Notes under the pieces: generated by a model
The model's input: only the letters and a program-made list of their open reading frames with translations
The model's database searches: none
Told to the model about the DNA's origin: nothing
Program-made: the position numbers and the translations under genes
Assembly (NCBI GenBank): GCA_963813815.1
Contig: CAWFAD010000007.1
Span: 192,001-256,000, forward strand
DNA length: 64,000 bases
Direction of reading: 5' to 3'
Source of the DNA: an uncultured bacterium
Lineage (GTDB): Bacteria > Krumholzibacteriota > Krumholzibacteriia > Krumholzibacteriales > Krumholzibacteriaceae
In this document: positions 1 to 9,486 of the stretch, in pieces
How positions within the stretch are numbered: position 1 is the stretch's first letter
How the letters are laid out: every line of letters starts with the position of its first letter

Positions 1-300
1 GAAGCCGTCGAAGCCCCGGTACTGGCCGCCCCGTTCGACCACGGCGATATCGGCGCCGTGGACCTGCCCCGTCCGGGCGAGACGCCGGGGCGGTATGTCG
101 AGCGCCGCCAGCAGCCGGCGCCTGTTCTCGCGAATGTTCGCGGGAGGATCGCCGAGCGCGCCGCCGAGGTTGAGCGAGTCGAATGGCGGCGGGCTCACGC
201 CGCCCGGGCGCGTCGTCACGAACAGATGGAGCTCGCTCGCCATGATCCCCAGGGCGGGAAAGCGTCCGATGCGAAGTCCGTTGACGGAGACCCATTCCAT
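1..300 (-). CDS. pgeF: PgeF/YfiH-family (laccase-domain) protein, runs off the window edge
   Basis: Manual translation from ATG at 300: MEWVSVNG...FVTTRPGGVSPPPFDSLNLGG...D...NIRENRRRL...GQVHGADI; TTR.GG.S...SLNLG and QVHG are family motifs. Not in the ORF track. Confidence 0.85.
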   Translation of the reverse strand, partial: MEWVSVNGLRIGRFPALGIMASELHLFVTTRPGGVSPPPFDSLNLGGALGDPPANIRENRRRLLAALDIPPRRLARTGQVHGADIAVVERGGQYRGFDGF

Positions 301-379
301 CGTTTGCCCTCTTGACAGCGAGCGACCGGATGAGGATACCCTATCGGGTGATCTTTGCAAGAGGCGTCGGAGGAGGCGT

Positions 380-1549
380 ATGAATTATTTCGAAGGCTAC
401 CGGTGCTCGTCATGCGGCAGAGAGGTTCCCGCGGGTTCCGCCGCGGCCGAATGTCAGTCCTGCGCCGGGCCGCTCCTCGCCGTGTACGATTTCGGTCTCA
501 TGCGCCGGAGCGCACGGGATCCCGCTTCCCTGCTCGCCGGCGAGGGTCCGGGCATCTGGCGCTACGCGAATCTCCTGCCTCCTTTCGCGCGCCGGGTGAG
601 CCTCGGCGAGGGGCGCACGCCGCTCCTCGCCTCGCGCGACCTCGGGCGATCCCTGGGCGTTCCCGGTCTCTTCATCAAGGACGAATCCGCGAACCCGACC
701 GGCTCCTTCAAGTCCCGGGGCATGGCCGCGGCCGTTTCGCGTCTCGTCGATCTCGGCGTGAAGCGGGCGTACGCGCCCTCGGCCGGAAACGCGGGGCTGG
801 CGCTCGCGGCGTACTGCGCCGCTGCGGGCATCGAGTGCCGCATATTCATTCCCTCGGAGACGCCCTCGGGAGTCGCCGCGGAATGCCGCCTCTACGGGGC
901 CGAGGTCACCGTCGTGCCGGGGATTCTTCCCGACGCGGCCGGGGCGCTCGATGCCCTCGTCGGCGTCGATCGCGCGGGGGTCGTGAGCACCTTCCGCGAG
1001 CCGTGCCGCGTCGAGGGGAAAAAGACGATGGCTTTCGAGATCGAGGAGGAGACCTCCCCCGACTGGATCGTGTTTCCGACGGGGGGCGGCACGGGAGTGG
1101 TCGCGTTCCGGAAGGCGTACGAGGAGCTCGACGCGCTCGGCCTGCTGCGGCGTCCGATGCCGCGCCTCGCGGTCGTTCAATCGGAGGGATGCGCGCCGCT
1201 CGTCGAGGCCTGGCGGAAGGGGCTCGAGCGGGCCGCTCCCTGGCGCGTTCCCGTGACGATCGCCTCCGGAATCCGGGTTCCGGGCTCGCGCGCCGACGCT
1301 CTCATCCTCCGCGCGATCCGCGAGAGCGGCGGCGCGGCGACGACGGTGAGCGACGACGAGATCGTCGCCGCCGTCCGCGAGCTTTCGCTCTCTCTCGGGC
1401 TCTTCGTCTCCCCGGAGGGGGCCGCGGCGTACGCGGGATTCAAACGTCTCGCGAGGGAGGGAACGATAAGCCCCTCCTCGCGTGTCGTCGTCGTCAACAC
1501 CGCGGGAGGGGCTCGCTACCGTTTTCTGCTCGATCCGTACGAGCGGTGA
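380..1549 (+). CDS. thrC: Threonine synthase (PLP-dependent, fold type II)
   Basis: RBS GGAGG before ATG 380; N-terminal CxxC..CxxC; SLGEGxTPL, KDESANPTGSFKSRG, PTGGGTG motifs. Confidence 0.85.
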   Translation: MNYFEGYRCSSCGREVPAGSAAAECQSCAGPLLAVYDFGLMRRSARDPASLLAGEGPGIWRYANLLPPFARRVSLGEGRTPLLASRDLGRSLGVPGLFIKDESANPTGSFKSRGMAAAVSRLVDLGVKRAYAPSAGNAGLALAAYCAAAGIECRIFIPSETPSGVAAECRLYGAEVTVVPGILPDAAGALDALVGVDRAGVVSTFREPCRVEGKKTMAFEIEEETSPDWIVFPTGGGTGVVAFRKAYEELDALGLLRRPMPRLAVVQSEGCAPLVEAWRKGLERAAPWRVPVTIASGIRVPGSRADALILRAIRESGGAATTVSDDEIVAAVRELSLSLGLFVSPEGAAAYAGFKRLAREGTISPSSRVVVVNTAGGARYRFLLDPYER

Positions 1550-3214
1550 TCAGCCGCTTCGCTTCTTGCCGGAATCCGATCTCGTGCCGCTCGAGCCTCC
1601 CCGATAGGGGGTCGCGGAGCTCTTCGTCGTGCTCCGCGCGGGCGGCGGGGAGCTTCGCGTCGAGGTCGCCGGGGTCGCGCGCCTATCGGAGCCGCGCTGA
1701 TTCTCTCCGACGGAGGAGCGCCGCCGCTCCTCTCCGGCGGAAGAGCGTCGCCGTTCCTCTCCGGCCGTGGAGCGCCGCCGTTCCTCTCCGAATCCGGATC
1801 GCTCCGGCTTGATTCTATCGCCGCGGTCGTCGTCGCGTTTCAAAGGCTGCGTCCGGCGCTCGATCGACGGGTCGCGCCCGGTTTTCGTTCCCGGCCGGCG
1901 AGGGACGGCGCGCACCGCCGGGCGGTCGCGCCCCGGGCCGCCGCGTTCGATCGCTCCGCCACTCGGGTCGACCGTCCTGCGGCGGAGATCCGAGCGCTCG
2001 AGTCTCTCGTCCGCCGCGCGCCGCTTCGAGCTCACGAGACGCGAGTCGACGAGCGATTTCTCGCGGCCGAGCGACGTGTAGGTCGTCGCATAATCGATGT
2101 AGCGCTTCGTCGCGGTTCGATCGCCGTAAAGCGGCCGGTAGGACGCCGCGGTTCCCGAGTAATAGTAATCGTCGCACGACCAGCACGCGTACGGGTAGCC
2201 GTAGGGGTACCGGTACGACGGATACCACCAGGAGTAATACGGCCAGTAGTAATCATTCCACCAGATGTTCCAGTAGTAGCTGCTCCAGAACGGATCCCAG
2301 GCAGGATACAATCCCCATCCGATGAAAGAGCCGCCGTAGTAGGACCAGGGCGAATACCACGGATAGGCGGATCCGTAGGTGAAGGAGAGATATATCTTCG
2401 TGTCGTCGCCGTCGTACTCGCCGTCCGGGTAGGGCTGGCCCCGGTCCTCGTCGTCGTCGCTCCCGGCGGCGTATTGTATGTTGTACATCGGCGGATAGGG
2501 ATACACGGGCTCTTCATCGTACGCGATCCGCTCGATTGTCGCTTCCGGGCATTCATCGGAGTAGGGGTCGGCCGTCGTCTCCGGACCGTGGCATTTCGCG
2601 CACAGATAGCGCGGGTAGTCGACGCGGCGATTGATGTAAAAGTAAGTGTAATCCGTCGCCGGCGGCTCTCGGTCGGCTCGGCGCACGATCTCCTCGTCGA
2701 TCATGTTGAAGGCGAGGAACGGATCGCTGTCGACGCGCAGGCGTTTCTTCTCGGATAGCCGCTCGCTCTTCGCGAGGAAGTAGAGCTCGTCCTCGTCGAG
2801 CCGGCCCGGATCGTCGACGGCCAGCGCGTGGATGTACTCGATCCCCGTTTTCCCGCCGGTTTCCCAGTAGGTGCCCGAGCCGGGTTCCGGAAGGACGTGG
2901 ATCTCTCGGCCCTCCACGCGCACGGGGCGCCCGTCGGCGGGGAAGAGCAGGTGGACGTACCCCTCGGTGTCCACGTTGTACACGATCACGTACGCGTCGC
3001 GGGACGCGCTGAAGGAAATTTCTATCCCTTCCCCCGGATCGTACACGGCTCCGCGCTCGCCGGAGAGCTCGACGGTGACGGCGAGACCCCCGGCGGCCAC
3101 CGGAGCGTCGGCGGAACCTTTCTTGAGATCGACCGCGAGGAGCGGCGTACAGAGCAGTGCGCCGAGCGGAACGGCGAGAAGGATGAGCCGTATCGGACGC
3201 TTCATGTCACTCAC
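1550..3214 (-). CDS. Secreted DUF4384-like domain protein with CxxCH motif, Tyr/Trp-rich middle and Arg-rich disordered tail
   Basis: Signal peptide; YDPGEGIEISF..SRDAYVIVYNVDTEGYVHLLFP resembles DUF4384; CAKCH; low-complexity C-terminus. Confidence 0.65.
   Translation of the reverse strand: MSDMKRPIRLILLAVPLGALLCTPLLAVDLKKGSADAPVAAGGLAVTVELSGERGAVYDPGEGIEISFSASRDAYVIVYNVDTEGYVHLLFPADGRPVRVEGREIHVLPEPGSGTYWETGGKTGIEYIHALAVDDPGRLDEDELYFLAKSERLSEKKRLRVDSDPFLAFNMIDEEIVRRADREPPATDYTYFYINRRVDYPRYLCAKCHGPETTADPYSDECPEATIERIAYDEEPVYPYPPMYNIQYAAGSDDDEDRGQPYPDGEYDGDDTKIYLSFTYGSAYPWYSPWSYYGGSFIGWGLYPAWDPFWSSYYWNIWWNDYYWPYYSWWYPSYRYPYGYPYACWSCDDYYYSGTAASYRPLYGDRTATKRYIDYATTYTSLGREKSLVDSRLVSSKRRAADERLERSDLRRRTVDPSGGAIERGGPGRDRPAVRAVPRRPGTKTGRDPSIERRTQPLKRDDDRGDRIKPERSGFGEERRRSTAGEERRRSSAGEERRRSSVGENQRGSDRRATPATSTRSSPPPARSTTKSSATPYRGGSSGTRSDSGKKRSG
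1703..1790. repeat. About three imperfect 27-nt tandem repeats encoding GEERRRS(S/T)A
   Basis: Protein reads GEERRRSTAGEERRRSSAGEERRRSSVGE. Confidence 0.75.
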
Positions 3215-3300
3215 TCCTTAGCAGGGGAGAATTGTTCCCGTCATGATGTTCCGGCGGGGGTTCCCGCGCGGGACGAGCCCCGCGCCGACGATCCCTCATT

Positions 3301-3329
3301 ATTATAATCGTCAATGGCCGCTTTTACAA
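3301..3329 (-). promoter_or_regulatory. sigma70-type promoter for the DUF4384 gene
   Basis: Minus strand TTGTAA-N17-TATAAT. Confidence 0.55.
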
Positions 3330-3496
3330 GCGGCATGCGCCTCCTCCGGCGGCATGCTCCGCCGGTTTCACCCGGGTTCGCACGCGACGGGCGGGGGCGT
3401 CCGGCTCCTCCTGCCCGAGTCGAAGGCGGCATCGTCTTCTCCGCTAACTGGCTGTGCATATTGACAATAGTATCCCGCCGAATTACCGAAACGTTC

Positions 3497-3525
3497 TTGA
3501 CCGTCGCGGAGTACTATAGTAAGTT
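3497..3525 (+). promoter_or_regulatory. Possible sigma70-type promoter for the tol-pal operon
   Basis: TTGACC-N17-TAAGTT upstream of the AGGAGG RBS of tolQ. Confidence 0.4.
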
Positions 3526-3555
3526 GCCCCAAAGCGCACGCAAAGGAGGCTCAGC

Positions 3556-4275
3556 ATGGTTCTCGTCGGCACGCCGGTCTTTCTTCAAATCTCCGGAAAG
3601 CTATCCGACGTCATATTTCACGGGGGTTGGGTCGGGAACGGGATTCTCCTCACGCTGACCGTGCTGTCCGTCATCTCGTGGACGGTCATGATAGAAAAGG
3701 CCCGCTACTTCAGGCTCTCGCGCCGGCAAACCCTGCGGTTCCTCGATCTCTTCGGGAAAGAGCATTCCCTTCGCTCTCTCGCGGGGCAGGCCTCGTCGTT
3801 TCCGGCGAGCCCCGAGGCCGCCCTCGCCTCGCGCATCGCCGCCGAGCTCGAAGGGGGCGAGGTGAGGAGCACTTCCGCGCTCGACAAGCTCATCGAGAAC
3901 GAGATCGTCTCCATCATGTCCGGCTTCGAATCGTACGTGCAGTTTCTCGCGACGACCGCCTCGATTTCGCCGCTGCTCGGACTCTTCGGAACGGTCTGGG
4001 GTATCATGAGCTCCTTTCTCAGCATGGGGGCGCAGGGCTCGGCGAGCCTCTTCGTCGTGGGCCCGGGTATCGCCGTCGCCCTCATCACGACGGTGTTCGG
4101 GCTCGGCGCCGCGATTCCGGCCGTCGTCGGCTACAACTTCATCATCCGCACGAACCGCGGGCGCGAGGAAGAGATCGAGGCCTTCGCCGGGCGGTTGCGG
4201 AACCGCATCGTCGAGCGCGTGTACGTCGAGCTCCGCGGGAGCGATGGGATGGCCCCGGGAGGTGGCGCGGCATGA
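3556..4275 (+). CDS. tolQ: TolQ/ExbB/MotA proton channel
   Basis: SPLLGLFGTVWGIM, VGPGIAVALITTVFGL..AIPA; first gene of the tol-pal cluster. Confidence 0.9.
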   Translation: MVLVGTPVFLQISGKLSDVIFHGGWVGNGILLTLTVLSVISWTVMIEKARYFRLSRRQTLRFLDLFGKEHSLRSLAGQASSFPASPEAALASRIAAELEGGEVRSTSALDKLIENEIVSIMSGFESYVQFLATTASISPLLGLFGTVWGIMSSFLSMGAQGSASLFVVGPGIAVALITTVFGLGAAIPAVVGYNFIIRTNRGREEEIEAFAGRLRNRIVERVYVELRGSDGMAPGGGAA

Positions 4276-4673
4276 GGCGCTCGCGTTACGCGCCGCTCGC
4301 CGAGATCAACATCACGAACCTCGTCGACGTGACGATGGTTCTGCTCATCATTTTCATGCTGACCGCGCCGTTCCTCCAGGCGGGGGTCAAGCTCAGGCTT
4401 CCGAAAGCGGAGGCCAAATCGATCGAGGAGCAGGAGGGCGTCACGGTCTCGATCGACGAAGAGGGCCGCATCTTCATCGACGAGCGGCGCACGGAATGGA
4501 ACGAGTTCGCCGCCGATCTCCGCCGCGCTCTCGAGGGCACGGAGCCGCGGGTGTTCCTGCGCGCCGACAAGGACGTGCGGTATGAGAGCGTCCTGCGAGT
4601 GATCGCGCGCGTCAAGATGCTCGGCGTCGACGATCTCGGGCTCATCGCGGAACAGGAAGAGAAGAAACGGTGA
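4272..4673 (+). CDS. tolR: TolR/ExbD
   Basis: ATGA overlap with tolQ; EINITNLVDVTMVLLIIFM, LRADKDV. Confidence 0.9.
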   Translation: MRRSRYAPLAEINITNLVDVTMVLLIIFMLTAPFLQAGVKLRLPKAEAKSIEEQEGVTVSIDEEGRIFIDERRTEWNEFAADLRRALEGTEPRVFLRADKDVRYESVLRVIARVKMLGVDDLGLIAEQEEKKR

Positions 4674-4692
4674 CGGGGCGGGGTGGCGCCGG

Positions 4693-5319
4693 ATGAAATC
4701 GTCTCTCGGCATTTCGGTCGTCGCGCACGTCTCGGTATTCACCGCGGCGTTGTTCCTCTTCAACGCCGTTCCCCGAATGAACCTCCCCGAACGGGTCTAC
4801 TCGGTGAAGATCCTCCAGCCGCTCTTGCGCGCTCCGGCCGCGGCCGAGAAGCCGGCTCCCGAGACGCCGAAGAAGGAGCCTCCGAAAAAGGAGGAGAAGA
4901 TCCCCGTCCCCAAGAAGCCGGAGACCCCGAAGGAGGGGAAGGAGTCGAAGGAAGAGCCGGCGAAGCCTCAGGAGAAGCCGATCGACGTCGGCGTCGCGGG
5001 GGAGCAGGGCACGGGGATCGCGGTCGACGCCCCCGTCTTTCCCTTCTCGTACTACCTCGCCGCCATCGAGCGGAAGGTTTCGGCCAACTGGTTCTCGGCG
5101 GTTTCCGGTGGCACGGTCGGCATGAACTGCGTCGTATATTTCAGGCTGCGGCGGGACGGGAGCGTGGAGGACGCGCGGATCGAGACGAGCTCGAGCAACG
5201 CCTATTTCGACCGCGCGGCTCTGAAGGCCGTGAGGAGTTCGAGCCCGTTTCCGCCCCTGCCGCGGGCGTTTCCGGATCAGTATCTCGGCATCCACTTCAC
5301 GTTCGTGCAGAAGGAATGA
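4693..5319 (+). CDS. tolA: TolA/TonB-family energy transducer
   Basis: N-terminal TM with S..H, Lys/Glu/Pro linker, C-terminal SS...FDRAALKAV..SPFPPLP. Confidence 0.8.
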   Translation: MKSSLGISVVAHVSVFTAALFLFNAVPRMNLPERVYSVKILQPLLRAPAAAEKPAPETPKKEPPKKEEKIPVPKKPETPKEGKESKEEPAKPQEKPIDVGVAGEQGTGIAVDAPVFPFSYYLAAIERKVSANWFSAVSGGTVGMNCVVYFRLRRDGSVEDARIETSSSNAYFDRAALKAVRSSSPFPPLPRAFPDQYLGIHFTFVQKE

Positions 5320-6587
5320 ACATGCGACGAGTTATCGGTATCGTGATCGCCGCCTGCTGTGCCGCGGGGGCGGCCCGGGCGCAAACGGACATCTACCTCC
5401 GGACGGAACGGGCGGGGAGGGGCAAGGTGCCGATCATCGTCAAGGACATCTCGGCGATGACCGGGCGCGAACGCGAAGGCGCGACGCTTCTCACGAACGT
5501 CATCCGGGCGGATCTCGGGTTCTCGGGACTCGTCGAGGTGCTCCGAGCCGAGGAGGGCGGCGAGGCGGACGCGGGGAGGACGGCGGGCGCGATCTTCGAG
5601 GGATCGCTCTCGGCGGAGGGCGGCTCGCTCGCGCTCGAGGCCCGGCTCCTCGATTACACGAGCCGCGAAACGATCTTCAGCAAGCGCTACCGGTTCGGCG
5701 CCGACGCCCGGCGCCACGTGGCCCATACCGTGAGCGACGAAATCGTGTACTTCCTCGTGGGCGAACGCGGCATCGCGACGACCAGGCTTCTCTTCCGCCG
5801 TCCCCAAAAGGATTCGAAGGATCTGTACGTTATCGACTACGACGGCTTCGGCGAGCGGCGGCTCACTCAGGGCGAGCTCGTCACCTCGCCCCTCTGGCTC
5901 GACGGGACGCGGGTCTGTTACTCGTCCGATCGCCGGGGCAACTGGGATTGCTACCTCGTCGATCTGCGAAAGGGATCGAAGTATCTCATCACGCAGTGGC
6001 GCGGGATCAACATCGCGGGAAGCTACTTCGCGCCGCGCGACGAGATCGCCATGACGCTCAGCGTCGACGGCAACCACGAGATCTATCTCCTCGACTCGAC
6101 GGGAAAGGTTCTGCGCCGGCTCACGCGAAACCGCGCGATCGACATCTCGCCGAGCTGGTCGCCGAACGGCGCCGAGATCGCGTTCGTGAGCGACAGGGGA
6201 GGCACGCCGCAGATCTACATCATGGACAGCTTCGGCGCCAACGTGAGGCGGCTCTCGCGCTCGGGCTCATACAACCAGTCTCCCGCGTGGTCTCCGCGCG
6301 GGGACATCATCGCCTACTGCTCGCGCGAGGGCGGCGTCTATCGTCTCCGTCTCATCTCGCCCGACGGGCTCGTCGAGGAGACGCTCTTTGAGGATGGTTC
6401 GAGCTACGAGGATCCGGTGTGGGCGCCCGACGGCCGGCACCTCGCGGCGACGGCGCGCGAGGGCGGAAAATCCTGGATCGTCGTCATCGACATCGACACG
6501 AAGGAGAAGCGCCGTCTCGCGCAGGGGGATCTCCCCGATTGGTCGCCGCTCCCGCCTGAGCCGCGCACGGAGCTCCTCGGCCGCTGA
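5316..6587 (+). CDS. tolB: TolB beta-propeller protein
   Basis: Signal peptide; PD40 repeats SPSWSPNG, SPAWSPRG, PVWAPDG; position in the operon. Confidence 0.9.
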   Translation: MNMRRVIGIVIAACCAAGAARAQTDIYLRTERAGRGKVPIIVKDISAMTGREREGATLLTNVIRADLGFSGLVEVLRAEEGGEADAGRTAGAIFEGSLSAEGGSLALEARLLDYTSRETIFSKRYRFGADARRHVAHTVSDEIVYFLVGERGIATTRLLFRRPQKDSKDLYVIDYDGFGERRLTQGELVTSPLWLDGTRVCYSSDRRGNWDCYLVDLRKGSKYLITQWRGINIAGSYFAPRDEIAMTLSVDGNHEIYLLDSTGKVLRRLTRNRAIDISPSWSPNGAEIAFVSDRGGTPQIYIMDSFGANVRRLSRSGSYNQSPAWSPRGDIIAYCSREGGVYRLRLISPDGLVEETLFEDGSSYEDPVWAPDGRHLAATAREGGKSWIVVIDIDTKEKRRLAQGDLPDWSPLPPEPRTELLGR

Positions 6588-6745
6588 TCGAAAGCCCCGG
6601 AACGAAAAAAATGTGTTCAGTTCCCCGCGATCCGTGTACTATCTTTCACGAAGGCCGGGAACGGGCGGCGAGGGGGGATCGCGCCCGAGCATCCGGACTT
6701 CGAATCAACGGGGAGTTTACGACGCGGTTTGAACAAGGAGGTCGC

Positions 6746-7252
6746 ATGATGGCCCGCTCCAAATGGCTGTTGATCGTTCTCGTTCTGGCGCTGGCGCTCT
6801 CCGCCTGCGCGAAAAAGCAGACAACGCCGGTCGAGGAACCGCCGGCGCCGGCTCCCGTCGTCGAGCAGGAAACGACGCCGATCGTGCCGCCGCCCCCTCC
6901 GCCCGTCGTCGAGGAGGCCGTGATCGTTCTCGAGGACGTTTATTTCGATTTCGACAAATACAGTGTCAAGGACGAATACAAGGGTATCCTGACCCGCAAC
7001 GCGGAGCTCCTCATGGCCAACACGGGGAAGCGGATTTTCGTGCAGGGGCATTGCGACGAGCGCGGCACGAACGAATACAATATGGCGCTCGGCGAGAAGA
7101 GGGCCAAGGCGGCCGTCGATTTCTATACGAGCTACGGCGTCTCGGCGGATCGCATCACGTGGATCAGCTACGGCGAGGAAAAACCCTTCGCCACCGGGCA
7201 TGACGAGACGTCATGGACCCAGAACCGCCGGGCTCACATGATCCTCCAGTGA
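6746..7252 (+). CDS. pal: Peptidoglycan-associated lipoprotein Pal
   Basis: Lipobox LSAC; YFDFDK, GHCDERGTNEYNMALGEKRA, SYGEEKP, NRRA. Confidence 0.95.
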   Translation: MMARSKWLLIVLVLALALSACAKKQTTPVEEPPAPAPVVEQETTPIVPPPPPPVVEEAVIVLEDVYFDFDKYSVKDEYKGILTRNAELLMANTGKRIFVQGHCDERGTNEYNMALGEKRAKAAVDFYTSYGVSADRITWISYGEEKPFATGHDETSWTQNRRAHMILQ

Positions 7253-7260
7253 GACGGGCG

Positions 7261-8163
7261 ATGAAACGCTGGCGGTTGCGGATCGTCGCCGCGGCCCTCG
7301 TGGCGATGGCCGCTGCGGCGCAGAGCGGATGCTGGGGGCGCGCGTTCTTCCGCGCGCCGATGGAGACGCTCGCGACCTCGTCCAAGGTCGACTCGCTGCT
7401 CCGCGAGAACGCGCTGCTGCAAGAGCGCATCGCGATCATCGAGGAGTCGATGAGACGGCAGGATGACCGCGAGCGGGGGGCGAACGCCCAGCACAAGATC
7501 GATCTCGAGGAGCTCAAGGATCAGCTGAACTCGATCACCGAGATGCTCCGCGAGGCGCAGGAAACGCCGGCCTTCAAACCCGTCGAGCGGCGCCGGACGC
7601 CGCTCCCCGATACGACGAAAACCCGATCGGAGGCGCCGCCCGTTCAGGGCGGCGCCCCGGCCGCGGCCTCCGGGGCGTCCGCCGACGCCTCCGGCGGGGC
7701 CCCGCCGATTCCCGCGAGCGACAGTCTCGTCGCCGCCGGGAACCCGGGCGGCGATACGGCGTCGGCCGGGGCCGGTCCAGCCCCGCCGCCCGAGGAGCTC
7801 TACCGCCAGATATACCTCGATTACAGCAGGCGCGAGTACCAGCTCGCGCTCGATGAATCGGACGCCTTTCTCGCGGAGTACCCCGACGATCCGCTCGTGC
7901 AGGAGATTCTCTACCTCAAGGGACAGAGCCTCGTCGAGCTCGGACGGAGCCTCGACGCGCTCAAGGAGTTCTCGACCCTGCTCCAACGGTATCCGGGAGG
8001 CAAACGGGCCCCGGGGGCGCTCCTGAGAATGGCGATCTCGTACGAGGGCATGGGGCAGCTCGAGCTCGCGGCGGGCGTCGTCCGGCGGCTCGTCGCCGAG
8101 TATCCCCGATCGAGCGAGGCCGCGGCCGCCGCGGAGCGATTCGAATCCATTCTTCAGCAGTGA
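7261..8163 (+). CDS. cpoB: CpoB/YbgF-like TPR protein
   Basis: Follows pal; signal/lipobox-like QSGC, coiled coil, Pro/Ala linker, C-terminal TPR (YP...A). Confidence 0.75.
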   Translation: MKRWRLRIVAAALVAMAAAAQSGCWGRAFFRAPMETLATSSKVDSLLRENALLQERIAIIEESMRRQDDRERGANAQHKIDLEELKDQLNSITEMLREAQETPAFKPVERRRTPLPDTTKTRSEAPPVQGGAPAAASGASADASGGAPPIPASDSLVAAGNPGGDTASAGAGPAPPPEELYRQIYLDYSRREYQLALDESDAFLAEYPDDPLVQEILYLKGQSLVELGRSLDALKEFSTLLQRYPGGKRAPGALLRMAISYEGMGQLELAAGVVRRLVAEYPRSSEAAAAAERFESILQQ

Positions 8164-8211
8164 GGCGTTTCCCGCCTCCGGCGCCCTCCGGGAGGCCGGA
8201 TTCCCCCGCGT

Positions 8212-9486
8212 ATGAGTGAAAACGCCGCCATCGCCTTCCACCTGCCGCTTGCCGCCGTCATTCTGGCGCTGCTCGGCCTCTCCGCGTTCTTCTCGGCGTC
8301 CGAGACCGCGTATTTCTCGCTGTCGCGTTCGGCCGTGCTCGAGCTCGAAAAGGGCAGGCGCCGCGAACGGATGGCCGCCGAGCTCCTGCGCGACCCGCGC
8401 ATGCTGCTCGTCACGATCCTTTTCTGCAACCTCCTCGTCAACATCGGCGCGACGAGCGCCGTAACGGCGTTCGCGATCGGACTGTACGGCGAGGAGGGAG
8501 TCGGCATCGCCGCGCTGGTCATGACGGTCCTCATCCTCCTCGTGGGGGAGATCTCGCCGAAGAGTCTCGTCATGAAGCGCGCCGGGGCTTTCGCCGTGGC
8601 CGCGGCGCCGCTGCTCGACGTCTTCATGATCGTCTTCACCCCGGTTCGGCTCGTGCTCGGGGCCATCGCGTCGGGAACGGTCGAGGGGAGCCGGCGTCTC
8701 ATCGGCGAAAGCCGCGCGGAGTACGGCGCCCGCGAGCTCGCCACCGCCGTCGAGCTCGGACACCGCGACGGGCTGTTCGGCGCGTTCGAGAAACAAGTGC
8801 TCACGAATCTCTTCCTCTTCTCCGAGATCACGGCGCGCGAGGTGCAGACGCCGCGCCGCGACGTGTTCACGCTCGACGCCGACACGCCGCTCGGCGAGGC
8901 CGTCGCCGGCGTGCGTCGCCGCGGATTCAGCCGCGTGCCTCTCGTCTCAGGGGAGGGCGAGTCGATCGCCGGCATGCTCTTCGCGAAGGATCTGCTCCGG
9001 TTCTCGCGCGACGATCGCGTGACGCTGCGCGAGATCATGCGCCCCGCGATCTTCACGCCGGAGAGCAAGCGCATCCGGGACCTCTTCGGAGAGCTCATCG
9101 CCTCACGGCAGAATATCGTCGTCGTCGTGGACGAGCACGGCTCCTTCACGGGGATTCTGAGCCTCGAGGACATTCTCGAGGAAATATTCGGCGAGATCCG
9201 GGACCGGCGCGAGCCGCGCGTCGACGAGTATCTCCGCCTCGACGATCGCCGCGTCGTCGCGGAGGGGTCGATGAGCATCCGCGACCTCAACGCGCTCCTC
9301 GGTACGGCGCTCGAATCGCTCGAGGTCGAGACCGTGGCGGGGTATCTCGTCGAACGGATCGGCCGGATCCCGCGCGAGGGAGAGGCGTTCGAGATCGACG
9401 GCATTCGATTCCTCGTGATTTCCGCGGAGCCGGTGCGCGTATCGAAGCTCAAGATCGAACGGATCACGGAGGTCGAGGAGCGATGA
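8212..9486 (+). CDS. CNNM (DUF21)-CBS-CorC transporter-associated protein (hemolysin family)
   Basis: SAFFSASETA, GEISPKS, CBS pair (FSRVPLV, VVVDEHGSFTGILSLEDILEEIFGEI), CorC domain. Confidence 0.9.
   Translation: MSENAAIAFHLPLAAVILALLGLSAFFSASETAYFSLSRSAVLELEKGRRRERMAAELLRDPRMLLVTILFCNLLVNIGATSAVTAFAIGLYGEEGVGIAALVMTVLILLVGEISPKSLVMKRAGAFAVAAAPLLDVFMIVFTPVRLVLGAIASGTVEGSRRLIGESRAEYGARELATAVELGHRDGLFGAFEKQVLTNLFLFSEITAREVQTPRRDVFTLDADTPLGEAVAGVRRRGFSRVPLVSGEGESIAGMLFAKDLLRFSRDDRVTLREIMRPAIFTPESKRIRDLFGELIASRQNIVVVVDEHGSFTGILSLEDILEEIFGEIRDRREPRVDEYLRLDDRRVVAEGSMSIRDLNALLGTALESLEVETVAGYLVERIGRIPREGEAFEIDGIRFLVISAEPVRVSKLKIERITEVEER

Noticed and set aside
1703..1790. Tandem repeats as a possible mini-CRISPR
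   Set aside because: In-frame 27-nt coding repeats with no unique spacers.
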